The notes beneath the pieces are model-generated. The model was not told the origin of the DNA. It was given only the letters and a program-made list of their open reading frames with translations, and did not search any database. This document shows positions 1 through 13,366 of a stretch of 64,000 nucleotides of DNA, one piece after another. The stretch spans positions 263,934,001 through 263,998,000 of the forward strand of contig OZ024740.1 of NCBI GenBank assembly GCA_964016885.1, in the 5' to 3' direction. The position numbers were made by a program, and so were the translations under genes. Origin of the DNA: Eledone cirrhosa. Its lineage: Eukaryota. Position 1 is the first letter of the stretch. The number at the start of each line of letters is the position of its first letter.

Positions 1-1766
1 TCGACGGACTGCCGCGGCTCTCAACGATCGCAGAGCAATGCTGCGAAAAGCCGATAACAGCCAATGAAATACGGGAAGCGATGTCTGACTGCACGAGGGG
101 TAAATCGCCAGGTTTGGCTGGTCTGCCCTACGAGCTTTATGAGTATATGCCAGACTTGTTCGGCGACCTCTTGGCAGATGTCTGCTGCTACTGGCAGCAA
201 AACGGGAGCATTGCCAGTTTTGTGAGCCGGGGAGCAGTGGCGCTGCTAAGAAAAGACCCGAACAAGGTGGACGTTATAGACAACTTCAGGCCCATAACTC
301 TGCTAAACGCAGAGTTTAAAATTTTGGCCAAATGTTAACAAAGAGATTGGCGCTTGTCGTCGGTGAGCTGGTGGGAGAGGCCATTCCGGACAGATCAATC
401 CACGACAACCACCCTCTCACGCGATACATCATAGAGAGGGTGGTTAAGGAGCCTGACATAAGTGGGACCCTGATTAACTTGGATCAATCTAAAGCATTTG
501 ATAGGGTCAACGATCGGTACCTGGCTGCGGTCCTCGAGGTAGCTTGGCTCCGGGTCCGTTTTTAGTGGCTGGATCGCTGCGATGCACAGCGACATGCTCG
601 ATTGTGAGGGTGAATGGTCACCTGTCGCAGCCTTTCAACTTCATGCGCTCGGTCCGTTAGGGTTTCCCCCTACGTTCCTCTTGTACGTACTGGCCCTCGA
701 GCCGTTACTTCACAAATTGGAGACGATGAGGGGCATCCCACGCGAACTGGAATGCAGGAGATCCGTGTCAGACGATCCATATGCTGTCAACACCAGTTGC
801 GTAGAGGACTAGGCATGCCATGGCTGATGATGCGCAAACATACGCTGAGGCTGCGCCATCTCTGGCGCTTCCTCGACGGTGAACAGGTGTGGTCGCCGTT
901 TGCCAAACGCGCTTTACCCCAGCTCGTCTTCTTGATGGAGCTGCAGTCCTGGATCAGGAAAAGACCGAGGGATAGCGCTTGGAAGCTGGAATGTCTCCAA
1001 GTGCTCACCGCCCTCTACCAGCTGGGCACTAGGATCGGTGTAACATCCACATCGGCGCTCTATAGAGGGCAAGTGGAAGGAAAGAGCGACGACGTTCTCG
1101 GGGAGACCCTGGGCGTCGAAGACCATCAGCTGTTCGCTATCTTCAAGAGAACTTTCAGACCGGCGGCTATGGACAACTTCCAGAAATCCCTGGCTTGGCA
1201 GTGCTACCGAGAAGAGTTGCCGGTTCGGGATACATGCACGGAGGTGTTGTCAGCCGAACCTGTCCGAGATGCGCCCAGGGCGACAAAACCGTCCTGCACG
1301 CACTCGTTCAGTGCCTGAGGATTGCTGACTTGAGAAGCTATATCGAACAGATGCTGTCACGTGTAGGACTGATCCGGTTATCGACTGAGTCAATTGTGCA
1401 GATAGCCCCGTCATCCTCCTTTAAAGAGGAGGAAGGGCAGGCAGTTTTCATCTGCCCGGTGGCCATGCCAAAAGAGATTGTGTGGTGGACAAGGTTGAAA
1501 GGGTTGAAGACGGACACTTTCCTCTCCCTCCAATCCCTGATTAACTTTTTCAAGTTTCACTTGAAGAGGAAAATCAGGGTGGAGAGGCAAGTGCTGTCTT
1601 CTAGTAAGTTTGTTGAAAGGTGGATGAAAGTGGCGAGACTGGGCCGAGTGAACGGCCCACTCTGAGTATGCGCCTGTAGACTGAGGAGTGGGAACACAGA
1701 GGGAGCGCTTGCCCTGGTGGTCAGGGTCACGTGGTCTTTTGTGTGGTTTTCTCCACGAGTGACCCT
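1..1766 (+). mobile_element. Decayed Tx1/L1-clade LINE, copy 1 (ORF2 RT to C-terminal CCHC zinc finger plus start of 3' UTR)
   Basis: Frameshifted RT motifs KSPGLAGLPYELY, NFRPITLLNAEFKILAK, LDQSKAFDRV, LLYVLALEPLL; zinc finger CPRC..TVLHALVQC. The YADD/thumb region is deleted near 770-790. Confidence 0.9.
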
Positions 1767-4700
1767 GAGAAAGGAGAAAACCCCCCTCCTTCCGAAACCG
1801 GCTCCACTGCTACCAGCAACAGGGCAGGCGGCAAGCAGGAAGGATAGGTACGTGGCACCCATACCCACGCCACGGAAATCAAGAACAGCAGCAGCAGTGG
1901 AAGTGTTAACAACAACAACAGTAATACCAACTGCAGCTGCAACAGAGATTCCACTGCAAGCGTCACCAACAAGAACAAGTGAAAGAGTGCAGCTGGTATC
2001 CCTCCCCGACCTCACAGAATCGGGCATGGAGTTTGAGGTGGGAGAGGGATGGCAAAAGGTCGCAAGAAGGCACAACGCAGAACCAGCGCATCGTCACCTT
2101 CGAAAAGGGAGGAAAGTAATGAAAAAAAGGGTAAAGGCTACTGCAAAGAGACTTACAGCAGCAACACCACCAACACCATCACCACCCACACTAGCACCAC
2201 CATCACCACCGGCGGCAACCCCACCGCCAACAACAACAACACCTTCAACAACACCACCACAAGCACCAACATCGCAAACACAACAACAAAACACACACAC
2301 CCAGCAACAACGACAAGAAAATAGCAGAACCACACCCCACCCCCAGAAAAAGAAATGCACAGCAATTTATACACACAACAAGAAACTAATGACTTACATA
2401 ATTGAACACACAGACATTTCACAGCACGACTACATAATACCAGCACCAATCAAAACACCAATGAACATAAGACTGGTAAGAATATCACAGAACAATACAC
2501 AAACATTAAAATGAAATTGCCCAACGCAGTTGGTGATTTCAGAGACCTAGGAGGGACACACAACCGGAGAGTATACTCGGATATACTCACAGAAGATCCG
2601 ACGACCAGCCGAAGGGACGATTCAACGGTCCCTTCACCAGACGGTCAAGGTTAGTGATCCTTTCTCACTTGCTCCGTTCCTCACCCAACATAGCCGTATT
2701 CAGGATCGCAAGTGTAAACGTGCGTGGCTTGAGCCCGGTTTGGAAGCAGGGTCATTTGCTTTACGACCTCAGGTCACTAAACATAGATGTGGTGGCCATC
2801 AGCGAGACGAGAATCTCCGAAACACAAGCCTTCGCACCGATCTTCGACGGTTATGAGATGTACGCATCTCTGAACCGTCCGGGAGCGGGGGGGGGGGGCG
2901 GCGGAGTGGCTGTGTTGTTTCGGAAAGGGTTGTGTCTCGCCATACGGACCATCTTCCTGGACCCAGAAGGTAAGTCGGTGGTGCTGCACGTAAGCGGCAC
3001 CGAAGGCAATGCTTTCAGGCTAGTAGCCGTCTATGCCCCGACAGGGACAAGACGGCAAGATTTCTTTAGACGACTAGAGACCTTTCTTGGAACGACCCGC
3101 TCTTTAGTGTTAGTGGGCGACTGGAACGGTATCTTGGATGCACGCTGGGATTATGTGTGGCTAGTGGATAGGGGATGAGGGTGCAAGAGCCTCACCAACC
3201 TGCTCAGAGGTTTTGAGCTGTCTGACATGTTTCGACTGGATCACCCGAATGTGCCAATGAGGACAGGAACAAACCGCATCGGGTCATCCAGATCGTATCT
3301 CGATAGTATTCTGCAGAAAAATAGATAAGGCTAGTATAAGTTGTCCACAATTTAAAATAGTCGACTACGCACACCACAAATTTGTGATGTGTGGGATCGA
3401 CTTAGACAGACTCCACTGACAAGGACCCGGTTACGGGAAGCTGAACGCGTTTTTCCCGGCGTGCAAAGCATACAGAGACTGGATTAGCGTATTAGTTAAG
3501 CGGGCGTTGACGGGAGCGGTCGTCAACAACAGGTGGTGGTTCGCCCTGAAAAGGGCAATTAAAGTAGAGTCGATTAGGTTTGGCAAAGGACTAGTGATAG
3601 AGGAAAATAGAGTAGAGGGAGAGCTTGTCAGAAATCTAGAGGAGGCGTTTGGGACAGGCATCGCAACCGACTTGCTTGCGGCGAGATTGGCACTAGACCA
3701 ATTCTTCAACGCAAAACACGAAGGCTGCGTTTTCAGAGCTAGAGCGCGCGCTCTGAAACACAAGGGGACAAAAGCCGTCCAATGGGCCCTGGCAGCAGAG
3801 GCTCGACGTGGCAACAAAGCCACAATTCGGTCTTTGTCTGACCAAAACGGGCGCGTGTTGCTTGAACACGAGCAGATGTGTGAAGCTTATCAGCAGCACT
3901 TTGCTGAACTGTTCGGGAGCAGCGGTTGGCCGGATGGGGTATAGACTTCAGTGCATACCTCGATGGACTGCCTTGGCTCTCGACGACCGCAGCACAGTAT
4001 TGCGAAAAGCCAATAACAGCCGGTGAAATACGGGAAGCGATAGCTGACTGCACGAGGAGTAAATCGCCAGGTTTGGATGATCTGCCCTACGAGCTTTATG
4101 CATTTATGCCAGACGTCTACTGCAACTGGCAGCAGAACGGGAGCATTCCTAGTTTTGTGGGCCGGAGAGCGGTGGCGCTGCTGAGAAAAGACTCGAACAC
4201 ACGCACTCGTTCAGTGTCCGATCATTGCTGACTTGTGGAGCTATGTCGAACAGTTGCTGTCGCGTGTAGGACTGATCCAGTTATCGACTGAGTTCATTGT
4301 GCAGATGGTCACGCCGTCTTGCTTAGAAGAGGAAGGGCAGGTGTTTTTCATCTGCCTGGTGGCCATGGCGAGAGAGGTTGTGTGGTGGACAAGTTTGAAA
4401 TGGATAAAGACAGATACTTTCCTCTTCGGCGAATCCCTAACTAGCTTTTTCAATTTTCACTTGAAGAGGAAAATCAGGGTGGAGAGGCAAGTGCTGCCTT
4501 CTAGCAAGTTTGTTGAAAGGTAGGTGAATGTAGCGAGAATGGTCCGAGTGAACGGGACCGCTCTGAATATACGCCTATAGTTTGAGAAATGGAAAAATTA
4601 AGAGAGGGCACTTGCCCTGGTGGTAAAGGTAGCCGTGATCTTTTGTGTCGTTTTCGCCACGAGCAACCCTCGGATTTTTCCCGCCTAGTGGGGAATTTTC

Positions 4701-4862
4701 ATTTTTAATGTTTATATATATATATATGTTTCTATGTCTTTTTCTTTTTCTTTTCTTATATAAATAATAAAAATCTTTACACAAACAAAACCCACATCGT
4801 ACCGTCCTGTGCCGTCTGTAATGTTTTTCTTGATGTCAGCCCTTGTGGCCAATAAAGAAATC
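1767..4862 (+). mobile_element. Decayed Tx1/L1-clade LINE, copy 2 (Pro/Thr-rich upstream region, APE endonuclease, RT deleted, complete 3' end)
   Basis: APE motifs IASVNVRGL, DVVAISETR, LVAVYAP, VLVGDWN (2654-3178). 3960-4198 matches 1-263, then jumps to the match of 1297-1766. Ends gtcagcccttgtggccAATAAAgaaatc + (TTA)n. Confidence 0.85.
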
Positions 4863-4883
4863 TTTATTATTATTATTATTATT

Positions 4884-6553
4884 GTTCTTTGAGTCACAGT
4901 TATCAATGTTAGTTAACTGGAAAGTTTGTTGAAATGAATATCAAGCCACTACCTGCAGCCTCAGATATTCAGGACGTATCGGAGAGTTCTTGCGGTTCCA
5001 AGCAAGCATACCCTTTGAAGTGTTCCAAAAAGCGGGGCTGGACTAATTTTCATTAACCATCCTTGGAAACTCTTGAGATAGTACCTAGTGCGTCTATGAC
5101 AATCGGGACGACCATGACTTCTTGACAGTTCCAAATCCTTTTTACCTCCAACTTTATGTCCTCGCATCGGTTAATTTTCTCCCTCTCCTTTTCTTGCACT
5201 CTCGTGTCAAATGGGCAGGCTACATCTACAATCAGGCACGATCTTTTTTACTTGTCCAAAACCATCAGGTCAGGCTTATTGTATTCTAATTTCTGGTCCG
5301 TCTGTATCCTAAAATCCCATATCACCTTCACCTGATCGTTTTCTATCACCGACTCTGGCTTATGCTCATACCACTTCATAGAATGTGGTAAATTGTTTAC
5401 TTTGCATAGCTGCCAGTGGATCACCCTGCCCATCACATCATGTCTCCAGCCTTTATAGTGAGTCTGGACTAGGTGTTTACACTCGGGTACAATGTGAGCC
5501 ACAGTCTCCTCTCTCTCTCCACAGATCCTACACAGTGGGCTAGCCTCCTACTTGTCAATATGGTGTTTCACTCACTTCGTTCTGAGGGCCTGCTCTTGCG
5601 CAGCTATTAGCATTCCTTCTGTAGCCTTTTTAAGGTCTCCTCTTTTTAACCAGTTCCATGTCTCTGGATCTCTAAATTCAGTTTTCTTAAAGAAGGTACT
5701 ATGAAGGTACTATGAAGGATTATTGTCCTCTCCTTCAGTACAATTTTGAACATTGGCTCCCTACTGTCAGTCACGTATTTGTACAGGTTGTTTTTCTCCA
5801 TCTGAACACAGTCCTCAGATCTATTTAAGTAGAGTCTATCGACATTACTCCTCTTGTGGAAGATGTTGTAGATAGCCAATAGCTTCCTAATCTTCCTATC
5901 CATTTCTTTTTGTTTAGCAACATTCCTCTTCAGAATTCCCGCACTGTACCTAATAATAGGCACAGCTCGGGAATCTACTGCACTTAAGACATTCCTACTA
6001 TTTAGATGTGATTTTAATACGCTCCTTACTCTCCTAATGTACTCAGATTTTATCAATTCCTTCATTTTGTTTGTCCTTAATGTCATCTGCCTCCAGAACA
6101 CCTAAATATTTGTATACCTCCTCAGTGTCAATTTCCTTTATCATCTCACCTGTTGGTACCTAGATTCCGTTGCTTCTGCTAAATTTACCCCTCTTCATCA
6201 CAAGGACTCCACACTAATACCAAATTCCATAGATATATCGTTGCTGAAAATACGGACAGTGTCAACAAGTACATACAACTCCTTCTCACTCTTCCCAAAG
6301 AGTTTAAGATCGTCCATGAAGAGGAGGTTGTTGATGTTAAGCACTCGTTTTCCCAAATGTATCCTGCTCTCACTTTTCGCAATATAACGGTCAGGGGCAT
6401 CAGGGCAAGGACAAACAGCAGAGGGGGCAAGCTATCTCCCTGGAAGATACCTCTCTTGATCTTCACGCCTCCCAAGGATTCTACACCCGATGTTGACTCT
6501 GTTACCCAGGACATCATACTTTTGCTCAACAACTGTGTAATGTTATCTGCCAC
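4884..6553 (-). mobile_element. 5'-truncated, decayed copy of the R4/Dong-like RLE element (family A)
   Basis: GIFQGDSLPPLLFVLALMPL and WDFRIQTD...NKPDL; same 3' UTR as 55861-55934; tail in (TAA)n at 4863-4883; several internal deletions. Confidence 0.93.
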
Positions 6554-6663
6554 CTATTCCTGAATCTAAAGAACACACATGCCAATCTCGAACATGATTG
6601 GACCATTGGAGAAAAACAGACAAACAAACGAGATATCATATGTATGTATATATATATATATAA

Positions 6664-6756
<93 letters not shown>

Positions 6757-6760
<4 letters not shown>

Positions 6761-6973
6761 GTTTCCGTAGGTATGGTTAAGGAAAAGAGAGTGCTCTATG
6801 TAGGCTACAGAGCTTTTTAGTTATGCAATAAACAACATAAGATAAGTATTTCATTTACCAAAGTTTTCACGAAGACAGACGAGCCTGACACAGACGTCTG
6901 TGTCAGGCTTGTCTGCTTTTGTGAAACAGTTGGTAAATGAAATAATTATCTGATGTTGTTTATTGCATAACTA
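6757..6973. repeat. Fold-back palindrome (6818-6973, centre 6895/6896) made from a Penelope pLTR 3' end
   Basis: Near-perfect inverted arms around cagacgtctg; the long arm is similar to 17021-17130; (TA)n on both sides. Confidence 0.85.
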
Positions 6974-7135
6974 TATATATATATTGTTATACTTTGGGAG
7001 GGTCATGTTGCCAATAAGAAACACACGCACCAGTTGCTTTCACTTCAATTTAATTTATTATATATTTATAAATTTACAAATTTATAAATTTCTGGTTGGT
7101 TGGTTCCACAACCAGATAGTTGTTTATATATATAT

Positions 7136-7180
7136 AGTCATAGTTCTTTCGTCACACACTCTGTGACCTCTTCAGTGACT
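7136..7180 (-). ncRNA. Type I hammerhead ribozyme in pLTR
   Basis: Reverse complement of the motif at 8188-8232. Confidence 0.8.
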
Positions 7181-8187
7181 GGGGATTTCTTTCTTCGTTT
7201 CTGTGCCTTTCCTTTCTTCTATCCTACGCCATTTTGTTTGTGTGTGGGTTGCGTGCTCAGTTTGCGCATGCACCACATCCGGGTGTCTGTGTGTGTTTGT
7301 GTTCATTTTTCTATTTTTCTATTTATATTTTTTTTTTATTTGTTTATTTATTTATTTATTTATTTATTGTTGGTTGGTTGTTTGTTCTGTGTGTGTGTGT
7401 GTTTTCATTTTGTCTTGTGTGTGTTTTCATTTTGTGTGTGTTTTCAATTGTAAGTTGTTTGTTCTATGTGTGTGTGTGTTTTCATTTTGTCCTTAATTGT
7501 AAGTTGTGATGTTGCTGTTCCACTCATATTTTCTATTTAATTTTGGTTTTAATTCTTTTATGCTTACTGCCTCTGTAATTTGCCTAAACATTGCGTCTTT
7601 CTTGTGTGTGGATTCTATTTTTATTTCTATGCTCTCTAATTTACCCCTGTGTTCTATCTTAGCATGTTGGTAGAGCACAGATGATTCTTTATTATCTTGG
7701 AGGTCTCGCCAGTGTTCATTTATTCGTTCACCTATACTACGAGATGTCTCACCTATGTACACTATATTTTTGTTTCTACATTGTCCTTCAGTACATCTTA
7801 TGCTATATACTACATTTCTAGTTTTACAGTTAATATGGGGGCTTATTTTACAGGTTATAACCTTATTTCTTATCTATATATGAGGGTCTTTGGAACGGGT
7901 ATGTCTTGCTAATAAGTGTTTTTACGGAGGTACCAGGTCTTTCTACTATCTTAATATTGAGATTATGTTTCTTTAGGGCCCTTCTAAATTTGTAGGCTAA
8001 TTCGCCTCTAGGGGTTGTATTGATGAAAATATTGATGAAATATAAATAGAAAAATAGAAAAATGAACACAAACACACACAGACACCCGGATGTGGCGCAT
8101 GCGCAAACTGAGCACGCAACCCACACACAAACAAAATGGCGTAGGATAGAAGAAAGGAAAGGCACAGAAACGAAGAAAGAAATCCCC

Positions 8188-8232
8188 AGTCACTGAAGAG
8201 GTCACAGAGTGTGTGACGAAAGAACTATGACT
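8188..8232 (+). ncRNA. Type I hammerhead ribozyme in pLTR
   Basis: agtca-CTGAAGA-g-gtcaca/gagtg/tgtgac-GAAA-gaac-TA-tgact: 5-bp stem I, 6-bp stem II, minimal stem III. Confidence 0.8.
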
Positions 8233-8700
8233 ATATATATATAAACAACTATCTGGTTGTGGAACCAACCAACCAACCAGACATTTATAAATTTGTAAAT
8301 TTATAAATATATAATAAATTAAATTGAAGTGAAAGCAACTGGTGCGTGTGTTTCTTATTGGCAACATGACCCTCCCAAAGTATAACAATATCGGTTTCAA
8401 CACACGATTTCAGATAAATAATCTTGCTAAACAAATTCAGAAACGATATATATATATATATATATATATTTATTAAAATAACAGATTAAAGTTTAAGCAA
8501 AGAATCGCTGCTTTCCCCCTTAACGGGATCTTCTGAAACTAACAAAGTCAATCTGTAAACGCGGAACTGGATATTTCAAAAAACGTTGCAACCGGAGGAA
8601 GACAGGAAGACGATACTTTGGTTCGTGGTAACGTTCGCTGGCAAAGAACGGGAAAAAACGAATAATACGTCATTAATAGGAGCGGTAAAAAACATTTACG

Positions 8701-8733
<33 letters not shown>

Positions 8734-8789
8734 TTATGTAAATATATATATATATATATATGCATCAAGACTATTCATCAAAACATTTC

Positions 8790-9310
8790 GAAGTTCCTCA
8801 ATGAACAAAATGTATCTACATTGTGGTGTTAAAAATGGAATAGTGAATAAATTATATTGTGTTGTTTAAAGGAAAAGATTAAGTTTAGGTTATTACCTGT
8901 TCCATTTGAACCCTTGAAGGGACGGCTGATATGTACAGATAATGATGACACTTTCTTCAAAATATGCAGAAGTAAAATAATGTATTCCAAATGGTCATTT
9001 GTCCAAATGGTCATTTGGTGCAAACGTCATCGATGAATGTGGCTTTATAGCCACTTTCAAGATCCAAGAGCAAGTGTATCACATAATTGGACAACTTCAG
9101 CCAATTTCAGAAGAAGAAAACAAATATTCACAACTTATTTTATCAATGATATAAAAACTCAAGCACATAAAAGATATGGAAGAAAAAAAAGAAACTAAGT
9201 ATGAAATCATATTGCAACCAAAATATATGTTACACAAGTAATCAGCTGTTAGGAGTTTCAAATATACCCGAGAAAAACATTGAACGAAATTTGATAATTA
9301 TTTTAACATG
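8790..9310 (+). mobile_element. Decayed Helitron Rep N-terminal fragment
   Basis: Manual translation across frameshifts gives CLHC..KKWNSE..CC, HFLQNM..NNVFQM, GFIATFKIQEQVYHIIGQLQP...KYSQL, which resembles Helitron Rep N-termini. Confidence 0.65.
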
Positions 9311-9423
9311 GGCAACGCTGTGTATTTCTGTTAATATACATACATATATACATATGCATAAGAGTATAGGTATACAAACACACGCATACACTCACACGCA
9401 CGCACATACAAACACACACACAT

Positions 9424-9511
<88 letters not shown>

Positions 9512-9516
9512 TTATG

Positions 9517-9587
<71 letters not shown>

Positions 9588-9589
9588 GA

Positions 9590-10430
9590 GGGATAAATGC
9601 TTCCTCAAGATCCCATAAGTGGGCGAGATAACCGCCGGCGCTATCTGCAGAGCCATAGGAAGAGGGGTCTCGACTTCCAGTTGGCCCACTCGGGACTCTT
9701 CCTGTGGGGATGCCTTCCCAAAAAACGCCATAACACCGGAAATGCGTGCTCCCTCAGCAATTGCCCGATATGCTACTCAGACTGTTGCTTGCGCACATTC
9801 GTCCTGTACAAGATCGAATGGGAGAGGTGCAAGGATTTTACATCGTCAGCACTATCCGACCACTGCATATACGTATTAAGGAGCACGTCAGCACCAGAGC
9901 CTCGTCCTTCCTGAAACACATCGACAAGGGCAGAAACAAGGACAAGACACTCACTGCCACAGTACTAAAGATAAACATTGGCACTCTAAGGGTGAAGGAA
10001 GCTCTCTGGATAAATCGATTAGAGCCTGCAATAAGCTATGGTTGGGGTGGTATAGGTTAAGACACGCGCACACGCACACACACAGAGTTACAGCAACAAT
10101 GATCTAGAACGACTTTTCATTTAGCCCGCGGTTGCGCAGGTCCAACGAATAACCATCAATTTTCAGCAGAATTGTACAACCTGCAACGTTCAACGACGTG
10201 TTTATTTCCTCTTCAGAAAACCACCCTCGTTGATGGGTGCAAATCCAAAATATAGGGACTAATAAATCTTTTAAGGTACACATACTCTGGCATTCTTCCT
10301 CTTTTTCCTCTTTTTTCTTTACACCTTTTATGTTTATTTACGTTTGTTTTTCTTTTCCTTCTATTGCCACTGGATTTCGTTACCAGAAGATTTACCCATC
10401 TGTATTATAGAGGTTTCTAAACCGACAATT
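9590..10430 (+). mobile_element. Penelope-like 3' fragment (GIY-YIG) with pLTR
   Basis: CPIC..., VLYKIE..RCK, FYIVSTIRPLHIRIKEH, LRVKEALWINRLEPAI; decayed hammerhead-like motif at about 10224-10258 followed by AATAAA. Confidence 0.8.
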
Positions 10431-10834
10431 GTTCGTATATACATATATAACAGATGTAGATTATGTTGTATCTAGCAAATTGAAATGCACCCAAAACAAA
10501 TTTTCTGTATATAAAACATGGAATATAGTTGACACCTATATTTATGTATTTATATTATTCATTGCAAATACTCACGAACAGGATTTCTATCAGCTTTTGG
10601 CAGAAAAGAGTTAAAAAGATATTATCTATTATCTTAGGAAGGATAATGATAGTAGTTAAAAGAAGAATAAGTCCAATGTATATCCTCGCCCCCAAAATGA
10701 TATAAAAAATTTCCGAGATATTTTACAAAAGTTACTATTGTTTTAGAAGCACAAAGCATATACAGCACAACATATATTGTTTCTCGTATGTCTTTGCTTG
10801 GATGAAGCATCTGATTACAGAAAAAGAACTACAT

Positions 10835-10963
<129 letters not shown>

Positions 10964-11058
10964 CGATCACATCCACACACAATAAAAAAAATGCACATTT
11001 CTTCCATCATTCTCTCTCTCTGCGCGCTGGCGCACACACACGAATACATGTATACATT

Positions 11059-11095
<37 letters not shown>

Positions 11096-11257
11096 ATATG
11101 CATATATACATGCATATATATATATTTGTATATATATATATATATACATCTTATACATATCAATGTATATATGTATACAGTCACACATACACATACATAT
11201 GCGTACATATACATTCACTCTTTTTCTGAAGCAAATTGTGATTTTGTCGCGGTATCG

Positions 11258-11288
<31 letters not shown>

Positions 11289-11892
11289 CTTATATATATA
11301 TATATGTGTGTGTGTGTGTATGTATCTCTGTGTGTATATGTGTGTGTGTGTATTTATCTGTGTGTGTGTGTGTGTGTGTGTTGGGGTGCGCTGTGTGCGC
11401 TTGTACGGATGTTATATTCTTTAATATGGAGGATTTTGATTTCCCTCATGACATTCACAAGAAATTACATTATTGTTGGTAATGTATGTTTTAGAGAAAT
11501 TTTTACCATGTTATTATTTTTGCAGTATCCTCAAGGAAGTTCAGAATATATATATTGTTTAATTTACTGGTGGTCAGTGTAATAAGCCTTGATGTCTTGT
11601 TAACAATAGATAAAGATGACTAATAAGAAAGCAAGAAGGAGATACGTAGAAATTATAATGAAAAAAATGTACGAAATAGCGAGCACACATGATATCACTT
11701 ACATACCCGAGTGCTGAGTGTGATTCGTCATACAAATTGACACAGAAAATACGTTAATGCGTTCAAGCTCACATGACTTCCAAAATACTGATACTTAGAT
11801 ATTAACACAGAATCAGACACACACACACACATGTATATATATATATATATAAATATATGCATGCACATATACATAAATAAATAAATTAATAA

Positions 11893-11923
<31 letters not shown>

Positions 11924-12006
11924 AGTAGAAGGGGTATTCAATTTGTTGGAAATCCGTCAAATATGAATATGAATGTTTATAACTAATGTGGAGCACTCAA
12001 TAGCTT

Positions 12007-12039
<33 letters not shown>

Positions 12040-12042
<3 letters not shown>

Positions 12043-12802
12043 TATATAAATACATAATCGGAGAAAGCTAATAGCGATAATCCGGCCAAATTCAAACTCA
12101 CTCAACAAACATTAGGAAATACCTGAGTATATTCCAAATTAAACGTTCGGGGTGCTTACTAATTGTATTGTGTGGAAAATTGGCTGTATCATTTCATATG
12201 AGATATATCAAATATATCTCTTCCCAGACGACTAGTTCAACATCAATACAAATCAACATCAATATTTAGCGATAATCGCCATCAGTGCTTGAGGGAGCTG
12301 CTAGGTTGTCAGTCCAGCAGTTCTAAAGACAATCTCACACTGTCTCGAAAATAGGAGGAAGGAGATTACCGCCAAAAAACAATACATGCGCAGGTCAATG
12401 GCTTCTGAAAATAATTCAAACCACGTGCTAGAACTCAATTTGATATGAAAAATAACCATATGTGTACATCGCTTGATGACACACATAGATATTTTCTCGG
12501 GCAAAATAACAGAATGAGATACAAGAACAAACAATCAATATTTATTTTAAAAATAAACAAAGAGAGTCATACCTTATATCGGGAAAGTTCATATCTGTTG
12601 CTCCAAGAGTAAATATATAAATACATAATCGGAGAAAGCTAATAGCGATACTCCGGCCAAATTCCAACTCACTCAACAAACATTAGGAAATAACTGATTA
12701 TATTCCTAATTAAACGTTCGGGGTGCTAACTAATTGTATTGTGTGGAAAATTGGCTGTATCATTTCATATGAGATATATCAAATATATCTCTCCCCAGAC
12801 GA
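12040..12802. repeat. Non-coding direct repeat, about 190 bp repeated at 570-bp spacing
   Basis: atacataatcggagaaagctaatagcgata...cccagacga occurs at about 12050-12231 and 12620-12802. Confidence 0.85.
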
Positions 12803-12995
12803 TTCGTTTCACTATAAGATTTCTATTATTCAAAATATTAATAAATGAAAAATATTCTCATAATCAAAATATATATTTTATTATACATATTTCAAAGGTA
12901 CAATGGTGTTTAAGTACGCTTTCATCAGACAAAATATAAGATTTGGTATGTGATATACCGCTACGGTTTTGATTATTCAATTCCAATATTGGCAG

Positions 12996-13103
<108 letters not shown>

Positions 13104-13116
13104 ATATATGTATATT

Positions 13117-13155
<39 letters not shown>

Positions 13156-13167
13156 ATATAATTATTA

Positions 13168-13250
13168 GAAATGTAAGCTATTGCCGTATTTTATCAGGCT
13201 AAATAATTTCTTTAATTTCTTTAGTCAAAATACGGCGCTAGCTTACATTT
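13168..13250. repeat. Short inverted-repeat (hairpin/MITE-like) element in (TA)n
   Basis: gaaatgtaagcta..gccgtatttt ... aaaatacggc..tagcttacatttc. Confidence 0.7.
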
Positions 13251-13307
13251 CATATATATATATATATATATACATATAGTTATGTAATAAACAACATAAG
13301 GCAATTA

Positions 13308-13366
13308 TTCCATTTACCAGTGGTTTCTTAAAAGCAAAAAATGTTGCTTTCAATCATCAGAATGAA
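13308..13366 (-). ncRNA. Type I hammerhead ribozyme in pLTR
   Basis: ttcatt-CTGATGA-ttgaaagcaa/catttt/ttgcttttaa-GAAA-ccactgg-TA-aatgga; GUA triplet. Confidence 0.85.

Larger units (their letters stand above)
6981..8447 (-). mobile_element. Truncated Penelope-like element: GIY-YIG fragment between inverted pseudo-LTRs (about 6981-7330 and 8036-8391)
   Basis: ORF 7493-7762 MYIGETSRSIGERINEH...RQITEAVSI..KPKLN; about 350-bp near-identical inverted repeats. Confidence 0.88.

Noticed and set aside
1717-2514. 265-aa Pro/Thr-rich ORF as a host mucin-like gene
   Set aside because: It starts inside the LINE 3' UTR and is low complexity; more likely the ORF1/upstream region of the next Tx1 copy.
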